DNA from: a virus
Virus record (IMG/VR): IMGVR_UViG_3300040751_002893
Coordinates: 1-64,000 of that record
Strand: one strand, 5' to 3'
Length of the DNA stretch: 64,000 nt
Part shown: piece after piece, positions 30,556 to 40,705 of the stretch
Position numbering within the stretch: the stretch's first letter is position 1
How the letters are laid out: every line of letters begins with the position of its first letter
Notes under the pieces: generated by a model
Seen by the model: the letters and a program-made list of their open reading frames with translations, nothing else
What the model was told of the DNA's origin: nothing
The model's database searches: none
Translations under genes and position numbers: made by a program

Positions 30556-31238
30556 TGGTCCTCCATTTTGTGTAATGATTTTATCTTTGTAAAAAGAGCA
30601 GGGCACATTTGCGCTAACTCTTTTTTATTATCCATGCAATATTCTTCAAATCCACGAGCAAAATATTCTCGCATTGAAGTTGCTGCATAGGGCGATGGGA
30701 ATAGTCCTCCAACAAAATGCCACATCGCATCATAAGTTACGTCTTGATAAAGATAGTCGTCTATCTTCTGGACAAACTCGGTTTTAAATTGTAATTCTTG
30801 TGGCGGTTCATAGTCATGATTCTTAAGATCTTGGAACAAACGCTTTCTTTTTCCTAAGAACTCTCTCTGTATTGCTCCATCATCATAAATGTGATGGCCA
30901 TAGAGTTCTTCAACAGAATGAGCAATCTCGTGAATGATATCGTCTATCATATCTTTATCATCATCTTGTTCATTTGTCAAGTAAATTGCACCATCTTGAT
31001 AGATAGCGTTTGCATCTCGTTCTTCAAGGTGCTTAAACTTACCAACATAAATCATATCAACACCACGAAGCAAAGTATATGGAACTCTCATCTTAATATA
31101 TTTAAGTATAAAGTTCATATCAATATGCTCGGGCAATTGGTCTTTGATAAAAATTTCTATGTTGTGCAAGCTGTAGGTATCCTTCATTCGTTTAGATTTA
31201 TTCATTGATTCATTTAACCACTTCATTGTGTTCTCCAT
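30552..31238 (-). CDS. HEXXH zinc metallopeptidase-like protein
   Basis: IIHEIAH and YAATSMREYFA. Confidence 0.7.
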   Translation of the reverse strand: MENTMKWLNESMNKSKRMKDTYSLHNIEIFIKDQLPEHIDMNFILKYIKMRVPYTLLRGVDMIYVGKFKHLEERDANAIYQDGAIYLTNEQDDDKDMIDDIIHEIAHSVEELYGHHIYDDGAIQREFLGKRKRLFQDLKNHDYEPPQELQFKTEFVQKIDDYLYQDVTYDAMWHFVGGLFPSPYAATSMREYFARGFEEYCMDNKKELAQMCPALFTKIKSLHKMEDQ

Positions 31239-31247
31239 TATATTATT

Positions 31248-31276
31248 ATAATAACATAGTAAGATAAAGTTGTCAA
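31248..31276 (-). promoter_or_regulatory. sigma70-type promoter
   Basis: TTGACA-17bp-TATTAT. Confidence 0.65.
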
Positions 31277-31295
31277 GAAAAAAGATATAAATAGT

Positions 31296-32615
31296 TTACA
31301 GAACTTTGGATGCCAGTGTTGCGATCTTAGATCTTTCACCTTTTCTGAAAGTGATGTGTCCAGCCAAGTCAGCATGCTTGAATTTCTCAATAGCATAAGT
31401 CAAGCCATTTGAGGTTTCGTTGGTATAGATGTTATCTATCTGCTCAATATCTCCGGTCAAGATAATCTTTGTGTTCTCACCAACACGAGTAATAATTGTC
31501 TTGACCTCATGGGCTGTAAGGTTCTGGGCTTCATCAATAATGATAAAAGCGTTTGAAATTGAGCGACCACGAATATATGTGATTGCCTCAACTTCGATTT
31601 GACCTTTCTCAAAATAAGACTTGATTTGATTCTTGTTTCCGAGAATGAACTCAAGGTTGTCATGAATAGGCATCAACCATGGAAGCATTTTCTCTTCCAT
31701 TGTTCCAGGAAGGAAACCGATATCTTTACCCATAGGTTGGACAGGGCGAGACACAACAATCTTCTTGTATTTTCTCTCGCCAAACCCAAGAGTTTGTTCA
31801 AGTCCAGCAGCAATAGCCATAAGAGTTTTACCAGAACCTGCACGTCCAATAAGAGATACTAGAGGTATGTCATCGTCAAATAGTAAATCATAGGCAAATG
31901 TCTGTTCTTTATTGCGAGGAGAGACTCCCCAAGACTTAGAGTAGTCTTTGACGTTGATTCGCTTCAAAGGCGTTTTATGGTCGGAGAATCTGCAAATAGC
32001 GGACTTTTTTGGGTTGCTTGATGAGATAAGAAGAAGGAACTGATTTGGATATAGCTTTTCTTTTGTCATTGTCTCATCAAGAAACTTTTCTTCGCCACAA
32101 TAAAACTGCTCAATAAACTCATCGTCAACAAGTATCTCGGCAAAACCTTCGTATACCTTGTCTTTGTCTTCGATAACAGAGTTGGTTTCATAGTCTTCTG
32201 ATATAAGACCGAGAGAGTCTGCAATAACTCGCATATTGATATCACGAGAAACAACGATAACTTTACGCTTTTCATTGTCAAGAGACTCTTGAACAGCAAC
32301 GGATAAGATTTGATGATCTGGGACATTGAAGTCAAGGTCTTTTGGGAGAGCAGTTGATGCTTTTGCAACTCTCAATATTCCAAGACCTTTTCCAATGCGG
32401 AGGCCCTTTGATAGAGACCCTTTCATTCGAAGGCCATCAAGGTGCTTAATGATAAGGCGAGCATTGAAACCAACAGAGTCTTGTCGCTTCTTGTGCTTAT
32501 CAACCTCTTCCAATACTTTGATTGGAATAACAATATCGTTATTCTTGAAACGATACAATGCGTTTGCATCGCTTAGAAAGACGCTTGTGTCAATAACATA
32601 TGTTTTTTTTGCCAT
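31296..32615 (-). CDS. phoH: PIN-domain PhoH-like ATPase (PhoH2 type)
   Basis: N-terminal YVIDTSV PIN domain; GRAGSGKT, GFLPG, YIRGRS, IIDEAQN, GDIEQID. Confidence 0.93.
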   Translation of the reverse strand: MAKKTYVIDTSVFLSDANALYRFKNNDIVIPIKVLEEVDKHKKRQDSVGFNARLIIKHLDGLRMKGSLSKGLRIGKGLGILRVAKASTALPKDLDFNVPDHQILSVAVQESLDNEKRKVIVVSRDINMRVIADSLGLISEDYETNSVIEDKDKVYEGFAEILVDDEFIEQFYCGEEKFLDETMTKEKLYPNQFLLLISSSNPKKSAICRFSDHKTPLKRINVKDYSKSWGVSPRNKEQTFAYDLLFDDDIPLVSLIGRAGSGKTLMAIAAGLEQTLGFGERKYKKIVVSRPVQPMGKDIGFLPGTMEEKMLPWLMPIHDNLEFILGNKNQIKSYFEKGQIEVEAITYIRGRSISNAFIIIDEAQNLTAHEVKTIITRVGENTKIILTGDIEQIDNIYTNETSNGLTYAIEKFKHADLAGHITFRKGERSKIATLASKVL

Positions 32616-35462
32616 TTATTTTCCTTTGTTTAGCATCTCACGAATGAGAGGTTTGAGTTTGGTTGCAATTTGTTCTTCAAATTTTCTGTTATATCTTACA
32701 TAACCTTTTTTCTTTTTTGGTTCTTCATTGATGTATTCTTTTATACTCTTCAGTGTTTCATTATTTAGATAATCTATAATTTTATTATACCTTCTAAGTT
32801 TATTTCCGAGATATGATGCTATTATTTTTTTTGAACCTTTATAATCTTTATATTCACTGAGATTTCCTAAAAACTGTTCGAAGTTTTTCATGCTATGAAT
32901 ATCGAAAGGGTCTTCTGCGTCTTTTATATCTTTTGCTCCCTCTATATTCTCAAGTGCCTTATTATTTTCTTCTGCAGTGGCTGTTTTTTGTTTTTGATTG
33001 ACCATTTTTAAAGCAGCTAAATCGGCTACAAAAGGCATACCATCATTTGGCAAAGGTCCACGGCCTGGCCGTATACGGCCTATATTTTTATAATGTTTTC
33101 TAGTTGCTTCTTGGATCTGTTGAAAAAATCTTTCTTTTGCTTCTTCCAAATATTCTCCATCTATTAATTTGTATTCTTCTCTAGAAAGATATCTAGTATC
33201 CTCTGGATAAGGTGGGTATTCTTCACCATCTTCTTGGTCATCAAATGTTTCATAACCTTTTTCTCCGAAATTATCTGTCGAAATATTCAGAAGATGTGGG
33301 AGAACGCCTGGTTTTTTAAGGATTGCAATAATTTGTTCTTGATTATCAGAAAATTGTCTTTTGATAACATCTTGTATATTGTCCGGAATAACAACAGCCT
33401 CATTTAGTTTTACAATCTTTTTTTCTTCCAAAGCAATCAACAATTGTATATATAGCTTCATTTCTTCAGATGTCATTTTTGCTTTTTGTTGAAGGTCGTC
33501 TAGATCATATTTTTCAACAAGGTCCGTAGCAGCTTCTTTTTCTTCAGGTTCAAGCTCTTCCTGTTTTTCAATATTGCTTTGAATATCTCTTTTGTTTTTG
33601 CCTTTTGATATCAAAACACCTAAGAAAGACAAAACTTTATCTTTTAAAATATCCGCATATGACTTTTCTTTCTCTACTTGAGGTTGAGGTTCACCTTGAG
33701 CAGCGCGTTCATTTGGTTGAACAACGACATCATCAAATTTTGACTTAACATCAAATATGCTTTGTATTTGTCCAGAGAATTCTTTGAGAGCTTTGATAGC
33801 ATTTGATGCCGTGCTTCTTCCGCCTTGCCCTTGAGATAGTTCCAATACATCACGAAGAACAGACTTAACATCTTTTATTGCTGCTCCATATTGTTCCGAA
33901 TACTTCTTCATATCTTGAGAGGTTTTCTTTCCGAATGGGTTAACGCTTGGGAAGAAATGAGAAATGCTCATCAATGCATTATAAGCATCTCCGACATTTT
34001 TTTCCATATCAAAAGCTTCTTTTTCTTCGGAACCTGCTGCTATAATATTTGATAGAGCACGAGAGGCATCGTTATATCCTTTCTCAATAGCATCCCACTT
34101 CTTTTCAATCTCGGAAGTGTCTTTTGCTTCTTGAACAAGATTCAACTTTGATATATCTTGAACAAGGTCTCGGATGTTCTCTTGTAGTTGAGCCAACATT
34201 TCCATGAACTTCTTCTTGAGAGAAGAACCAATGACCTTGCCTTTGTCGCTTGCTTCATCAAATCTTTGCAATACCTCTTTTGACCTTTTGGCAAGCTTTA
34301 TAAATGACTTGAGGTCAACTTGGATATTTCTCAATGCATTTGGGCTTTGTTGTTGTTCTTGAACTTGTTCCCCTTCTTCTGGTTTAGGTTGAGGTCTTCT
34401 TTGGGCGGCTTTTTCAAGTTCTTCTTTCTCTGTTATTTTAACCAATTGGTCTAATACATTTCTAACCAACTTCCCTTGGTCTCTAAGCAAAGCCTTTTCA
34501 TAGAACTCTTCAATGAATTCTTCAGAAACTCTAATCAGGTCTTGGAGGGCTTCGGGGTCAACGTCAAACTTTTCGGGGTCTTCATTCTCCCCTGCTTCAT
34601 CAGGTGTTGTTTCTTGGTCACCTGATAGTTCTTTAGCGGTTTCGGGTTCCGGAGTTGTTTCCGTAGGAGTCTGTGTTGGCTCTTCCTTTGCTTCGGGTTC
34701 TGTTTGAGGTTGGGGGGCTTCTAAGTCTAAAGCGTGTCTTATTATTTTTAACGCAGCTAATTTTTTATTTACATCATTAACGATACCAACTAGTACCTGT
34801 TTTGTTTTATCATCAAGTGCGCCAATCGATTGCTTCAAAAGAACATCTTGTTCTTGAGGAACCAAATTTACAAAACCTTGTGTTAGTGTAGTGAAAGTAT
34901 CTTCATTAACATTTTTCGGAAGGTTTTTGTTCAACTCAACGGTGAAAAGATAAAGTGCTTGTTTTTCTCTTCCGTCGAACGTTTTCATTTCATCTTTATA
35001 GGCGTTAACAAATTGTGTATACTCTTTATCATCTTGGGAGTCTTGGTCTAGTTGCCCTTCATTGTCTTCTGGATCTGTATCTGATATTTTTTTCATAGTA
35101 TTATCGACTTTTTTTTCTAGTTCTTCACCTTGTGCTTTAGTCTCAGGGCTTTGTTGCGCTAAAAGTGCTTTTATATATCCATCAACAATCTGTTTGTACA
35201 TTTCTTGTTGCCGTTCCGGAAGTTGATCCAAACTACTATAAAACTTTTTTTGTTCATTGTATTTTTTTAAAAATTTCTCAGGACCATTTTTTAGGTCACG
35301 CTCTACACCCATAAGAGCGGATGCCAAAGTTGGTTTTCCAGCAGCTTCTGTTATTTCTTCAACAATAAGATTTGCAATCACACTATTCGGTATTGTTCTA
35401 TCTTCCATAAGCTTTTTGATAAGCGGGTGCTTTGATGTTTTTAATGCAAGTTTCTTGTTCAT
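32616..35462 (-). CDS. Large acidic/helical protein, probable head-internal protein
   Basis: 948 aa; repeated xxE sites (ITE, VNE, VQE, LNE, INE) and C-terminal LKPLIREML. Confidence 0.55.
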   Translation of the reverse strand: MNKKLALKTSKHPLIKKLMEDRTIPNSVIANLIVEEITEAAGKPTLASALMGVERDLKNGPEKFLKKYNEQKKFYSSLDQLPERQQEMYKQIVDGYIKALLAQQSPETKAQGEELEKKVDNTMKKISDTDPEDNEGQLDQDSQDDKEYTQFVNAYKDEMKTFDGREKQALYLFTVELNKNLPKNVNEDTFTTLTQGFVNLVPQEQDVLLKQSIGALDDKTKQVLVGIVNDVNKKLAALKIIRHALDLEAPQPQTEPEAKEEPTQTPTETTPEPETAKELSGDQETTPDEAGENEDPEKFDVDPEALQDLIRVSEEFIEEFYEKALLRDQGKLVRNVLDQLVKITEKEELEKAAQRRPQPKPEEGEQVQEQQQSPNALRNIQVDLKSFIKLAKRSKEVLQRFDEASDKGKVIGSSLKKKFMEMLAQLQENIRDLVQDISKLNLVQEAKDTSEIEKKWDAIEKGYNDASRALSNIIAAGSEEKEAFDMEKNVGDAYNALMSISHFFPSVNPFGKKTSQDMKKYSEQYGAAIKDVKSVLRDVLELSQGQGGRSTASNAIKALKEFSGQIQSIFDVKSKFDDVVVQPNERAAQGEPQPQVEKEKSYADILKDKVLSFLGVLISKGKNKRDIQSNIEKQEELEPEEKEAATDLVEKYDLDDLQQKAKMTSEEMKLYIQLLIALEEKKIVKLNEAVVIPDNIQDVIKRQFSDNQEQIIAILKKPGVLPHLLNISTDNFGEKGYETFDDQEDGEEYPPYPEDTRYLSREEYKLIDGEYLEEAKERFFQQIQEATRKHYKNIGRIRPGRGPLPNDGMPFVADLAALKMVNQKQKTATAEENNKALENIEGAKDIKDAEDPFDIHSMKNFEQFLGNLSEYKDYKGSKKIIASYLGNKLRRYNKIIDYLNNETLKSIKEYINEEPKKKKGYVRYNRKFEEQIATKLKPLIREMLNKGK

Positions 35463-35641
35463 TATTTATTTCCCCTCACGGTAGCAATATATTGATTTAT
35501 AATTGCTTGCTCTTCAGCAGAAAGTTTTTTCAATATATTGACGACTTCAGGCTCAAGTGTCTTTGAAGACATCTCTTCTTCATTCATTCTATCAACTTCT
35601 TCTTTGATAATCTCTTTTATACGTGCTTCAGTGAGTTTCAT
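35462..35641 (-). CDS. 59-aa protein with MKLTEARIKEIIKEEV leader (below ORF-track cutoff)
   Basis: Read by hand: GGAG RBS, ATG 35641, TAA overlapping next ATG (TAATG). Confidence 0.75.
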   Translation of the reverse strand: MKLTEARIKEIIKEEVDRMNEEEMSSKTLEPEVVNILKKLSAEEQAIINQYIATVRGNK

Positions 35642-35676
35642 TTATTGTCTCCAAACTTTTATATCATAAATAGCAA

Positions 35677-35701
35677 AATAGGTGGCTTTTTGCCACCTAT
35701 T
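35677..35701 (-). terminator. Intrinsic terminator-like hairpin
   Basis: AATAGGTGGC-5nt-GCCACCTATT perfect 10-bp stem, short T tail on minus strand. Confidence 0.6.
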
Positions 35702-35707
35702 GATTTA

Positions 35708-35968
35708 TCAATTCCAAGTTTCATTATCAGATGGTGGAGTTAACCCCATCATATTATCAAGCAAACCTCTCAGTTCAGGACTTTGAGACAAGAACCATCC
35801 GGTTGTTGCCATTATTGAAAGTTCTTTCATTGTGAACCCTCGCTTCCCTGCTTCTTCGCAAACATCCATTATCTGTTGCATAACTTCAGCCATCTTACCG
35901 GTGGGGTCTTGCTTGATCTTAGCTATGATCATATCTGTTACTTCTTTATCGAAAATACTATCTTTCAT
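35708..35968 (-). CDS. Hypothetical protein
   Basis: AGGAG RBS; in operon. Confidence 0.6.
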   Translation of the reverse strand: MKDSIFDKEVTDMIIAKIKQDPTGKMAEVMQQIMDVCEEAGKRGFTMKELSIMATTGWFLSQSPELRGLLDNMMGLTPPSDNETWN

Positions 35969-35976
35969 TATTGCTC

Positions 35977-36450
35977 CTATATAAAATCTTTCCACTCATG
36001 TGGTATTTCTTTGTCTCGTAACAAAACATGAATGCTCCATTTTGGAATGGTTGGTTTTCTTATCAACGGCATTCTTGCTTCATTTGGTGTCTTGTTTCCT
36101 TTCCTTGTGTTGCAACCTTTGCAGCATGCAACAATGTTTTCCCAAGACTTATCTCCACCACGAGACTTTGGTATTATGTGATCCATTGTTAGGTCATTAT
36201 ATTGAAATTTGTTTCCGCAATATTGACAGATATATTGGTCTCGCCATATAACATTTTTTCTGTTGCATGAATAACTTGTGAAGTCTTTTCGAATGTAGTC
36301 TCTCAAAACAATCACAGCAGGGAAGAAGTCATCGGAATATTTCAAGACCACGTTTGCCCTTCCTGTATAACACATGTTGAATCCTTTGAACCCATCGACA
36401 ATATCAATAGGTTTCCAAGCAGCGTCAAGTTTGAGAGTATAGCGTTCCAC
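35977..36450 (-). CDS. HNH endonuclease (McrA-like)
   Basis: RDQYICQYCG, TMDHIIPKSRGG, WENIVACCKGCN.RKG. Confidence 0.92.
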   Translation of the reverse strand: MERYTLKLDAAWKPIDIVDGFKGFNMCYTGRANVVLKYSDDFFPAVIVLRDYIRKDFTSYSCNRKNVIWRDQYICQYCGNKFQYNDLTMDHIIPKSRGGDKSWENIVACCKGCNTRKGNKTPNEARMPLIRKPTIPKWSIHVLLRDKEIPHEWKDFI

Positions 36451-36458
36451 ATAAATAC

Positions 36459-36788
36459 TTAGTTTTTAGTTAACAGTTTTACCGCAGTTGAATCAAGAGG
36501 AAGTTTCTCTGATACTACATCTGCTAGTGAGAAGCTATCAACAAAAGCTTTTAGTTCTCCAAATGCTCTTTTATAGTCCGGCTCCATTATGATCTCGGTC
36601 TTACCTTGATGTCCGTGAATTGCTCTCACTTCACCAATGTTATCATATACTGTAACACTCGGATGCTCAGAAAGCCATGTAACACAAACCTTTCCATTAT
36701 CAAAAATGAAACCTTGTGCCACACGGCCTGTTCCGGATATTCCAGATTCGTCTTCTGTTCTGTTTAAATAAAATATTTTCACAACCAC
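36459..36788 (-). CDS. Conserved phage hypothetical protein
   Basis: RTEDESGISGTGRVAQG..FDNGKV...W motif seen in phage proteins. Confidence 0.65.
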   Translation of the reverse strand: MVVKIFYLNRTEDESGISGTGRVAQGFIFDNGKVCVTWLSEHPSVTVYDNIGEVRAIHGHQGKTEIIMEPDYKRAFGELKAFVDSFSLADVVSEKLPLDSTAVKLLTKN

Positions 36789-37156
36789 ATTTCCTCACTT
36801 GATTCTTCATCATCTTCTTCTGCTGGTTCTGTTGATATATCTTCTTGAGATATTTCGTCCATCATAGCAGATAGATGCTTGACATACCTAAATAGTGTGA
36901 CAAGTGTATCGAAGAAACCTCGCTCTGCCAATGCCTTAACTTTGAGAGTCTTATTTTCTATTCTTATCTCGGCGACATCTTCAATGATATCAGGGCCAAC
37001 ATATATGACATCGCCATCCATAGAACAATAATAGTGGTTCTTAACCAAGTAATCATAGAGCCCTTGAAATATAGTTTTTTCATTATAGTTTTCAACGAAA
37101 CTTAAGTCAAAACCATTTTTTACTGCTCTCCTGATTATGTCTTTTAAATCTCTCAT
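36779..37156 (-). CDS. Hypothetical protein
   Basis: Overlapping start/stop coupling with neighbours. Confidence 0.6.
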   Translation of the reverse strand: MRDLKDIIRRAVKNGFDLSFVENYNEKTIFQGLYDYLVKNHYYCSMDGDVIYVGPDIIEDVAEIRIENKTLKVKALAERGFFDTLVTLFRYVKHLSAMMDEISQEDISTEPAEEDDEESSEEMWL

Positions 37157-37950
37157 AATTCACCAAGTTTTGGTATCAAAAGCTGTTCTAATATCTCTTT
37201 GGTATGTTGAGTCCCGTCAACCCAGAAAGAGCATTCTGGCTGTAATGCATCGAATATTTCCTTATCGTTTCCGTTATCTCCGCACCTATCTCCGAGGAAC
37301 CATATCTTGGAATCTGGGAAATGTTTGAGAGCATATGTTTTATCCCAACCTGTGGGGTAAATATCAAACGATGTTTCACCGCCGAGTTTAATGGTAACAT
37401 CAATTCTTGCATTTTGAAATTCTTCTTTTACTTGTTCTAAAAGTGTTCTTCGAAATGAAGAGACACCAAATGACTTATCAAACTCATGAAATCTTTCACG
37501 GTCATGAGACGTTGCATTTCTACCAATAGGGCACCAATTTATCATTGAGCCACGGTAAGAAATAAAATGGCCGGTCAGTGGTATATCATAGTGAGATACA
37601 ATATGATCTTGATAGTTGATAAGTTTTTTAAAGATTGTTCTGAGATCGTGTTCTCCAATCTCTTGTTTCATATCTTTCTTATGTATTAATTTATGTTCTT
37701 TTTCCCTATAAAGGGGGGGAGCATAATGCATAGTTCCATTGCACGGGAGGAGGTGTAGGCTTTGTTTAATTTCATCTTTTGTTGTCAGGAACCCACATTG
37801 CTGCATGATATATTCGTAATCACTACCGCTCACGATGCCAATCTCTGCATATCTGCAAAGCTTGGAAAGCGTGTTTACAAGACCGTAATCTAAATGTTCT
37901 CTTGGAGGAGTTAGTGTTCCGTCCATATCAAATAAAACTATTTTACGCAT
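37153..37950 (-). CDS. Eukaryote-type phosphomannomutase (HAD-IIB, PMM family)
   Basis: LFDMDGTLT, VSGSD, R.SMINWCPIGR, GGETSFDIYPTGWDKTY.L, GD...GND.EI. Confidence 0.88.
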   Translation of the reverse strand: MRKIVLFDMDGTLTPPREHLDYGLVNTLSKLCRYAEIGIVSGSDYEYIMQQCGFLTTKDEIKQSLHLLPCNGTMHYAPPLYREKEHKLIHKKDMKQEIGEHDLRTIFKKLINYQDHIVSHYDIPLTGHFISYRGSMINWCPIGRNATSHDRERFHEFDKSFGVSSFRRTLLEQVKEEFQNARIDVTIKLGGETSFDIYPTGWDKTYALKHFPDSKIWFLGDRCGDNGNDKEIFDALQPECSFWVDGTQHTKEILEQLLIPKLGEL

Positions 37951-37983
37951 TATGCTCCCTTGGGTTTGTTGTTGTGTATATAT

Positions 37984-38012
37984 AATATAACATACCCACG
38001 AGCATATGTCAA
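37984..38012 (-). promoter_or_regulatory. sigma70-type promoter
   Basis: TTGACA-17bp-TATATT. Confidence 0.65.
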
Positions 38013-38030
38013 GAAAAAAATATTATTTTT

Positions 38031-38612
38031 TTAGCTTGATGTTAAAACAATCTTACAAATGTGCTCTACACGCTCTATATGCTCAAAAGCATCCCATGGG
38101 TTTTTTGCAATTGCAGTTACGCCATGACACTCTTGACCTACAATATCGTATGCAATCTTTCCATCTTTTCCTAAAAACTTCTGATAGGTTTGGTCTGCAA
38201 GTTCCTGAGATATTGCTTCAAGTCTCGGAACATTTGGTCCTGTTCTGGTGTAACGAAATACCTCTGGGAAGTCTTTAACAATATCATTAAGTTGCCATCC
38301 TTTATACATAGCAGCAACACAATACGTGGGATGTAGATGAAGAACGGATGTAGTGCTGTTGGTATCCTTTAGTAGGTTCCAATGCATCCATAGTTCTCCG
38401 GATGGTCGGAGAGAGGGATTGAAGTGAAGTTCATCATCTTTGATTTTTATTTTCACAACACTCTCTGGGTGAATGATGGTCTTCCTAACACCGGAAGGGG
38501 TGATATAGAGATATGGTCTGTTTCTCATACGAACAGAGCAATTCCCATCACGGGTTGTTATCCAGCCTCTTTTATAGGCTTCTCTCATTACATCACCAAT
38601 AGCAGTTAGCAT
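38031..38612 (-). CDS. Class II aldolase/adducin family protein
   Basis: DGNCS.R, ITPSG, PSGELWMH, HLHP, HGV metal-binding motifs. Confidence 0.88.
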   Translation of the reverse strand: MLTAIGDVMREAYKRGWITTRDGNCSVRMRNRPYLYITPSGVRKTIIHPESVVKIKIKDDELHFNPSLRPSGELWMHWNLLKDTNSTTSVLHLHPTYCVAAMYKGWQLNDIVKDFPEVFRYTRTGPNVPRLEAISQELADQTYQKFLGKDGKIAYDIVGQECHGVTAIAKNPWDAFEHIERVEHICKIVLTSS

Positions 38613-38875
38613 TTTTTTATCTCCACGATTAAATTTGTGTCTCCCTTAATGACACGATGGTAAGTATAGCTTGGAATAAAATATATCTTTCCTTCAACCA
38701 TGATTTCAGGCAGCTTATTATCAAGTTGTAATTCCCAGCCTTTACCGGAAACTACTTTGACATAACGGTCTTCTCTATCCATATGCCAAATGAGTTCATC
38801 GGAGACAACGTCTCTTTTGAACTCTCGCAAAAAAATTTTTTTTCCTATTTGTTTCTCAGTAAAAGGGAAGTCCAC
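38606..38875 (-). CDS. Small cupin-like phage protein
   Basis: ELIWHMDREDR...W.LQLDN..P...IP...YHRVIKG. Confidence 0.65.
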   Translation of the reverse strand: MDFPFTEKQIGKKIFLREFKRDVVSDELIWHMDREDRYVKVVSGKGWELQLDNKLPEIMVEGKIYFIPSYTYHRVIKGDTNLIVEIKKC

Positions 38876-40230
38876 TACCAGAACCTTCCGGGAACATTTG
38901 TCCCGAAATCTTTGTGTGCTCTACAAGCCCAGTAACCAGCCTTTGTTCTATCTTTCTTGTCTTTACAGTTGTGACGAGAAGCAAATGATTTACGAGCCTC
39001 AGCATTGTTCCAGTTGCCTTTGAGACCACCTTTTGAGTCTCCATAGGAAATCTTTTTGATTTTACCAGTTTTAGGATTGCGAACATAAACTTTATATTTC
39101 TTTCCTCCGCCTGTGTTCTTAGTGGGTTTTCCAATTGGAGGGTCTTTCTTCTTTTTCTTTTTGCGTTTCTTTTCATCAATCAATTCATCTTCTTCTTGTT
39201 CCATAATCATTGGAAAGTCAAGAGGAACCATTTGTTCTCCAAACATCCCAAACTCTCCGAGATCAGATTCAATAATTTCTTTTTCTTCTTCGGAGTGAAG
39301 CTTGTATTTACCTTCTCGGAACAGTTGTCTAACTTCCCTAAAAACACCGAAGAATTCGGAACTTCCCGGTCTAAAAACGTTTCTCTCAACTCCAACCCCA
39401 TGTCGTAGGTGATATTGAAGAGACTTGGAAATATTTTTGTTTTCTTCCAAATTTGCTTTGTCAAGTTTTGAGTAATATTCGGGATCTTCAACCAAGTGAT
39501 CAAGAGTAATCTCTTGAGCGATCAACTCTTCTTGAGCATGTTCCATTTCTTCTTCAACACCCATATCAAACTGTTGTTGAATTTGTTCTGCGGATACTCC
39601 ATGTTCTTCTGCGATTGCTTGAATCATCTCTTCAACAGAAACTTGTCCATACTTTGATGACTCGCCACCTGGAATAAACTCTTCATCCAGAGATTCGTTT
39701 TTCTTTGACTTATTACCCCAGTTTGCTGCACCTACTTTGCGACACTTACTAAGAGCACCAGAAGCATATGCTGATGGCCATACTTTGTATCGTCTTTTAA
39801 CTTTGTAATAACACTTATCTTTCTTGCCACTCGTCTTCTTGGCTTTCTTTTTGTGTGCTCTACGCTTTCCTTTCTTCTCATCAAGAACATTTTGGAGTTC
39901 TTCTAAAATGATTGTTCTGATTTCTTCTGTTGTTAATTCCATTGATTCGTTCCTCTTTTTCTTTGATCCTTTTTTACCCCATGATTTACCACGACCACGC
40001 TCTTTACAGGCACCAGGGGTTGGTCGACATGCAGGATACTTTTTACGCTTCTCACCTTCAGAGCGTCCACAGGATTTGTAACCACCTTTTCCATCTGGAG
40101 CATTACAGTCAACCCATCCACCTTTTTTCCCTTTGGCTCCTTTGCGTTTAAACCAATCACGGAGAGAAGACTCTTTGGAAGATTCAGTACCAGCTTTTTT
40201 ACGTTTTTTCTTTTCATCAAGTTCAGACAT
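38875..40230 (-). CDS. Multi-module basic/acidic protein, probable processed head-internal polyprotein
   Basis: Cys-containing basic modules (WVDC...CGR...YPACRP; WPSAYASG; ARKSFASRHNC...YWAC), an EMEH...DHL.EDP.YY.KL module, separated by LDE/LEE/IDE sites. Confidence 0.65.
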   Translation of the reverse strand: MSELDEKKKRKKAGTESSKESSLRDWFKRKGAKGKKGGWVDCNAPDGKGGYKSCGRSEGEKRKKYPACRPTPGACKERGRGKSWGKKGSKKKRNESMELTTEEIRTIILEELQNVLDEKKGKRRAHKKKAKKTSGKKDKCYYKVKRRYKVWPSAYASGALSKCRKVGAANWGNKSKKNESLDEEFIPGGESSKYGQVSVEEMIQAIAEEHGVSAEQIQQQFDMGVEEEMEHAQEELIAQEITLDHLVEDPEYYSKLDKANLEENKNISKSLQYHLRHGVGVERNVFRPGSSEFFGVFREVRQLFREGKYKLHSEEEKEIIESDLGEFGMFGEQMVPLDFPMIMEQEEDELIDEKKRKKKKKKDPPIGKPTKNTGGGKKYKVYVRNPKTGKIKKISYGDSKGGLKGNWNNAEARKSFASRHNCKDKKDRTKAGYWACRAHKDFGTNVPGRFW

Positions 40231-40246
40231 TTCAAAATACCTCAAC

Positions 40247-40624
40247 TTAATTAGTGTCTTCTGAGACTTCGTAGTTACATTCTTTGGGATCTATTTGGAA
40301 TCTTTCAATTTCCTCTTTTAGCTGCCTCTCTGTAATACCCAAGACACCAGATGCATCTTTTGGGGTTCTTGTTGCTGAGAGAGCAAACTTAACAACAGCT
40401 TCTCTCACAATGAATTTTATTGACCTGATAATTGGAAATCCATATAACTTATGATTTACATGAGAAGCTGCAAGTTCTAATTTAAGAGCTATGATCTCTT
40501 CTAGTGTTAGAGAATTCAAGATTGTCTCAAAATTAGAATTAATCTTTTTTTCATAATTCAGTTTTTTTCTGATAGAGTAATTTTCAAACTTACCTTTATA
40601 TTCTCTTAGTTTCTTTTTCCACAT
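40247..40624 (-). CDS. Protein with C-terminal Fis-type HTH
   Basis: REAVVKFALSATRTPKDASGVLGITERQL resembles Fis/HTH_8 (AL......AA..LGI...L). Confidence 0.55.
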   Translation of the reverse strand: MWKKKLREYKGKFENYSIRKKLNYEKKINSNFETILNSLTLEEIIALKLELAASHVNHKLYGFPIIRSIKFIVREAVVKFALSATRTPKDASGVLGITERQLKEEIERFQIDPKECNYEVSEDTN

Positions 40625-40705
40625 ATTATTATCTTATATATAATATATTAATAATATAAATATTAATCTTATAATAATAGTATATAAAAAAGTTATAAAT
40701 AATAT

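Noticed and set aside
35977-36450. HNH as mobile homing endonuclease or intron
   Set aside because: Free-standing McrA-like HNH with intact neighbours and no split gene.
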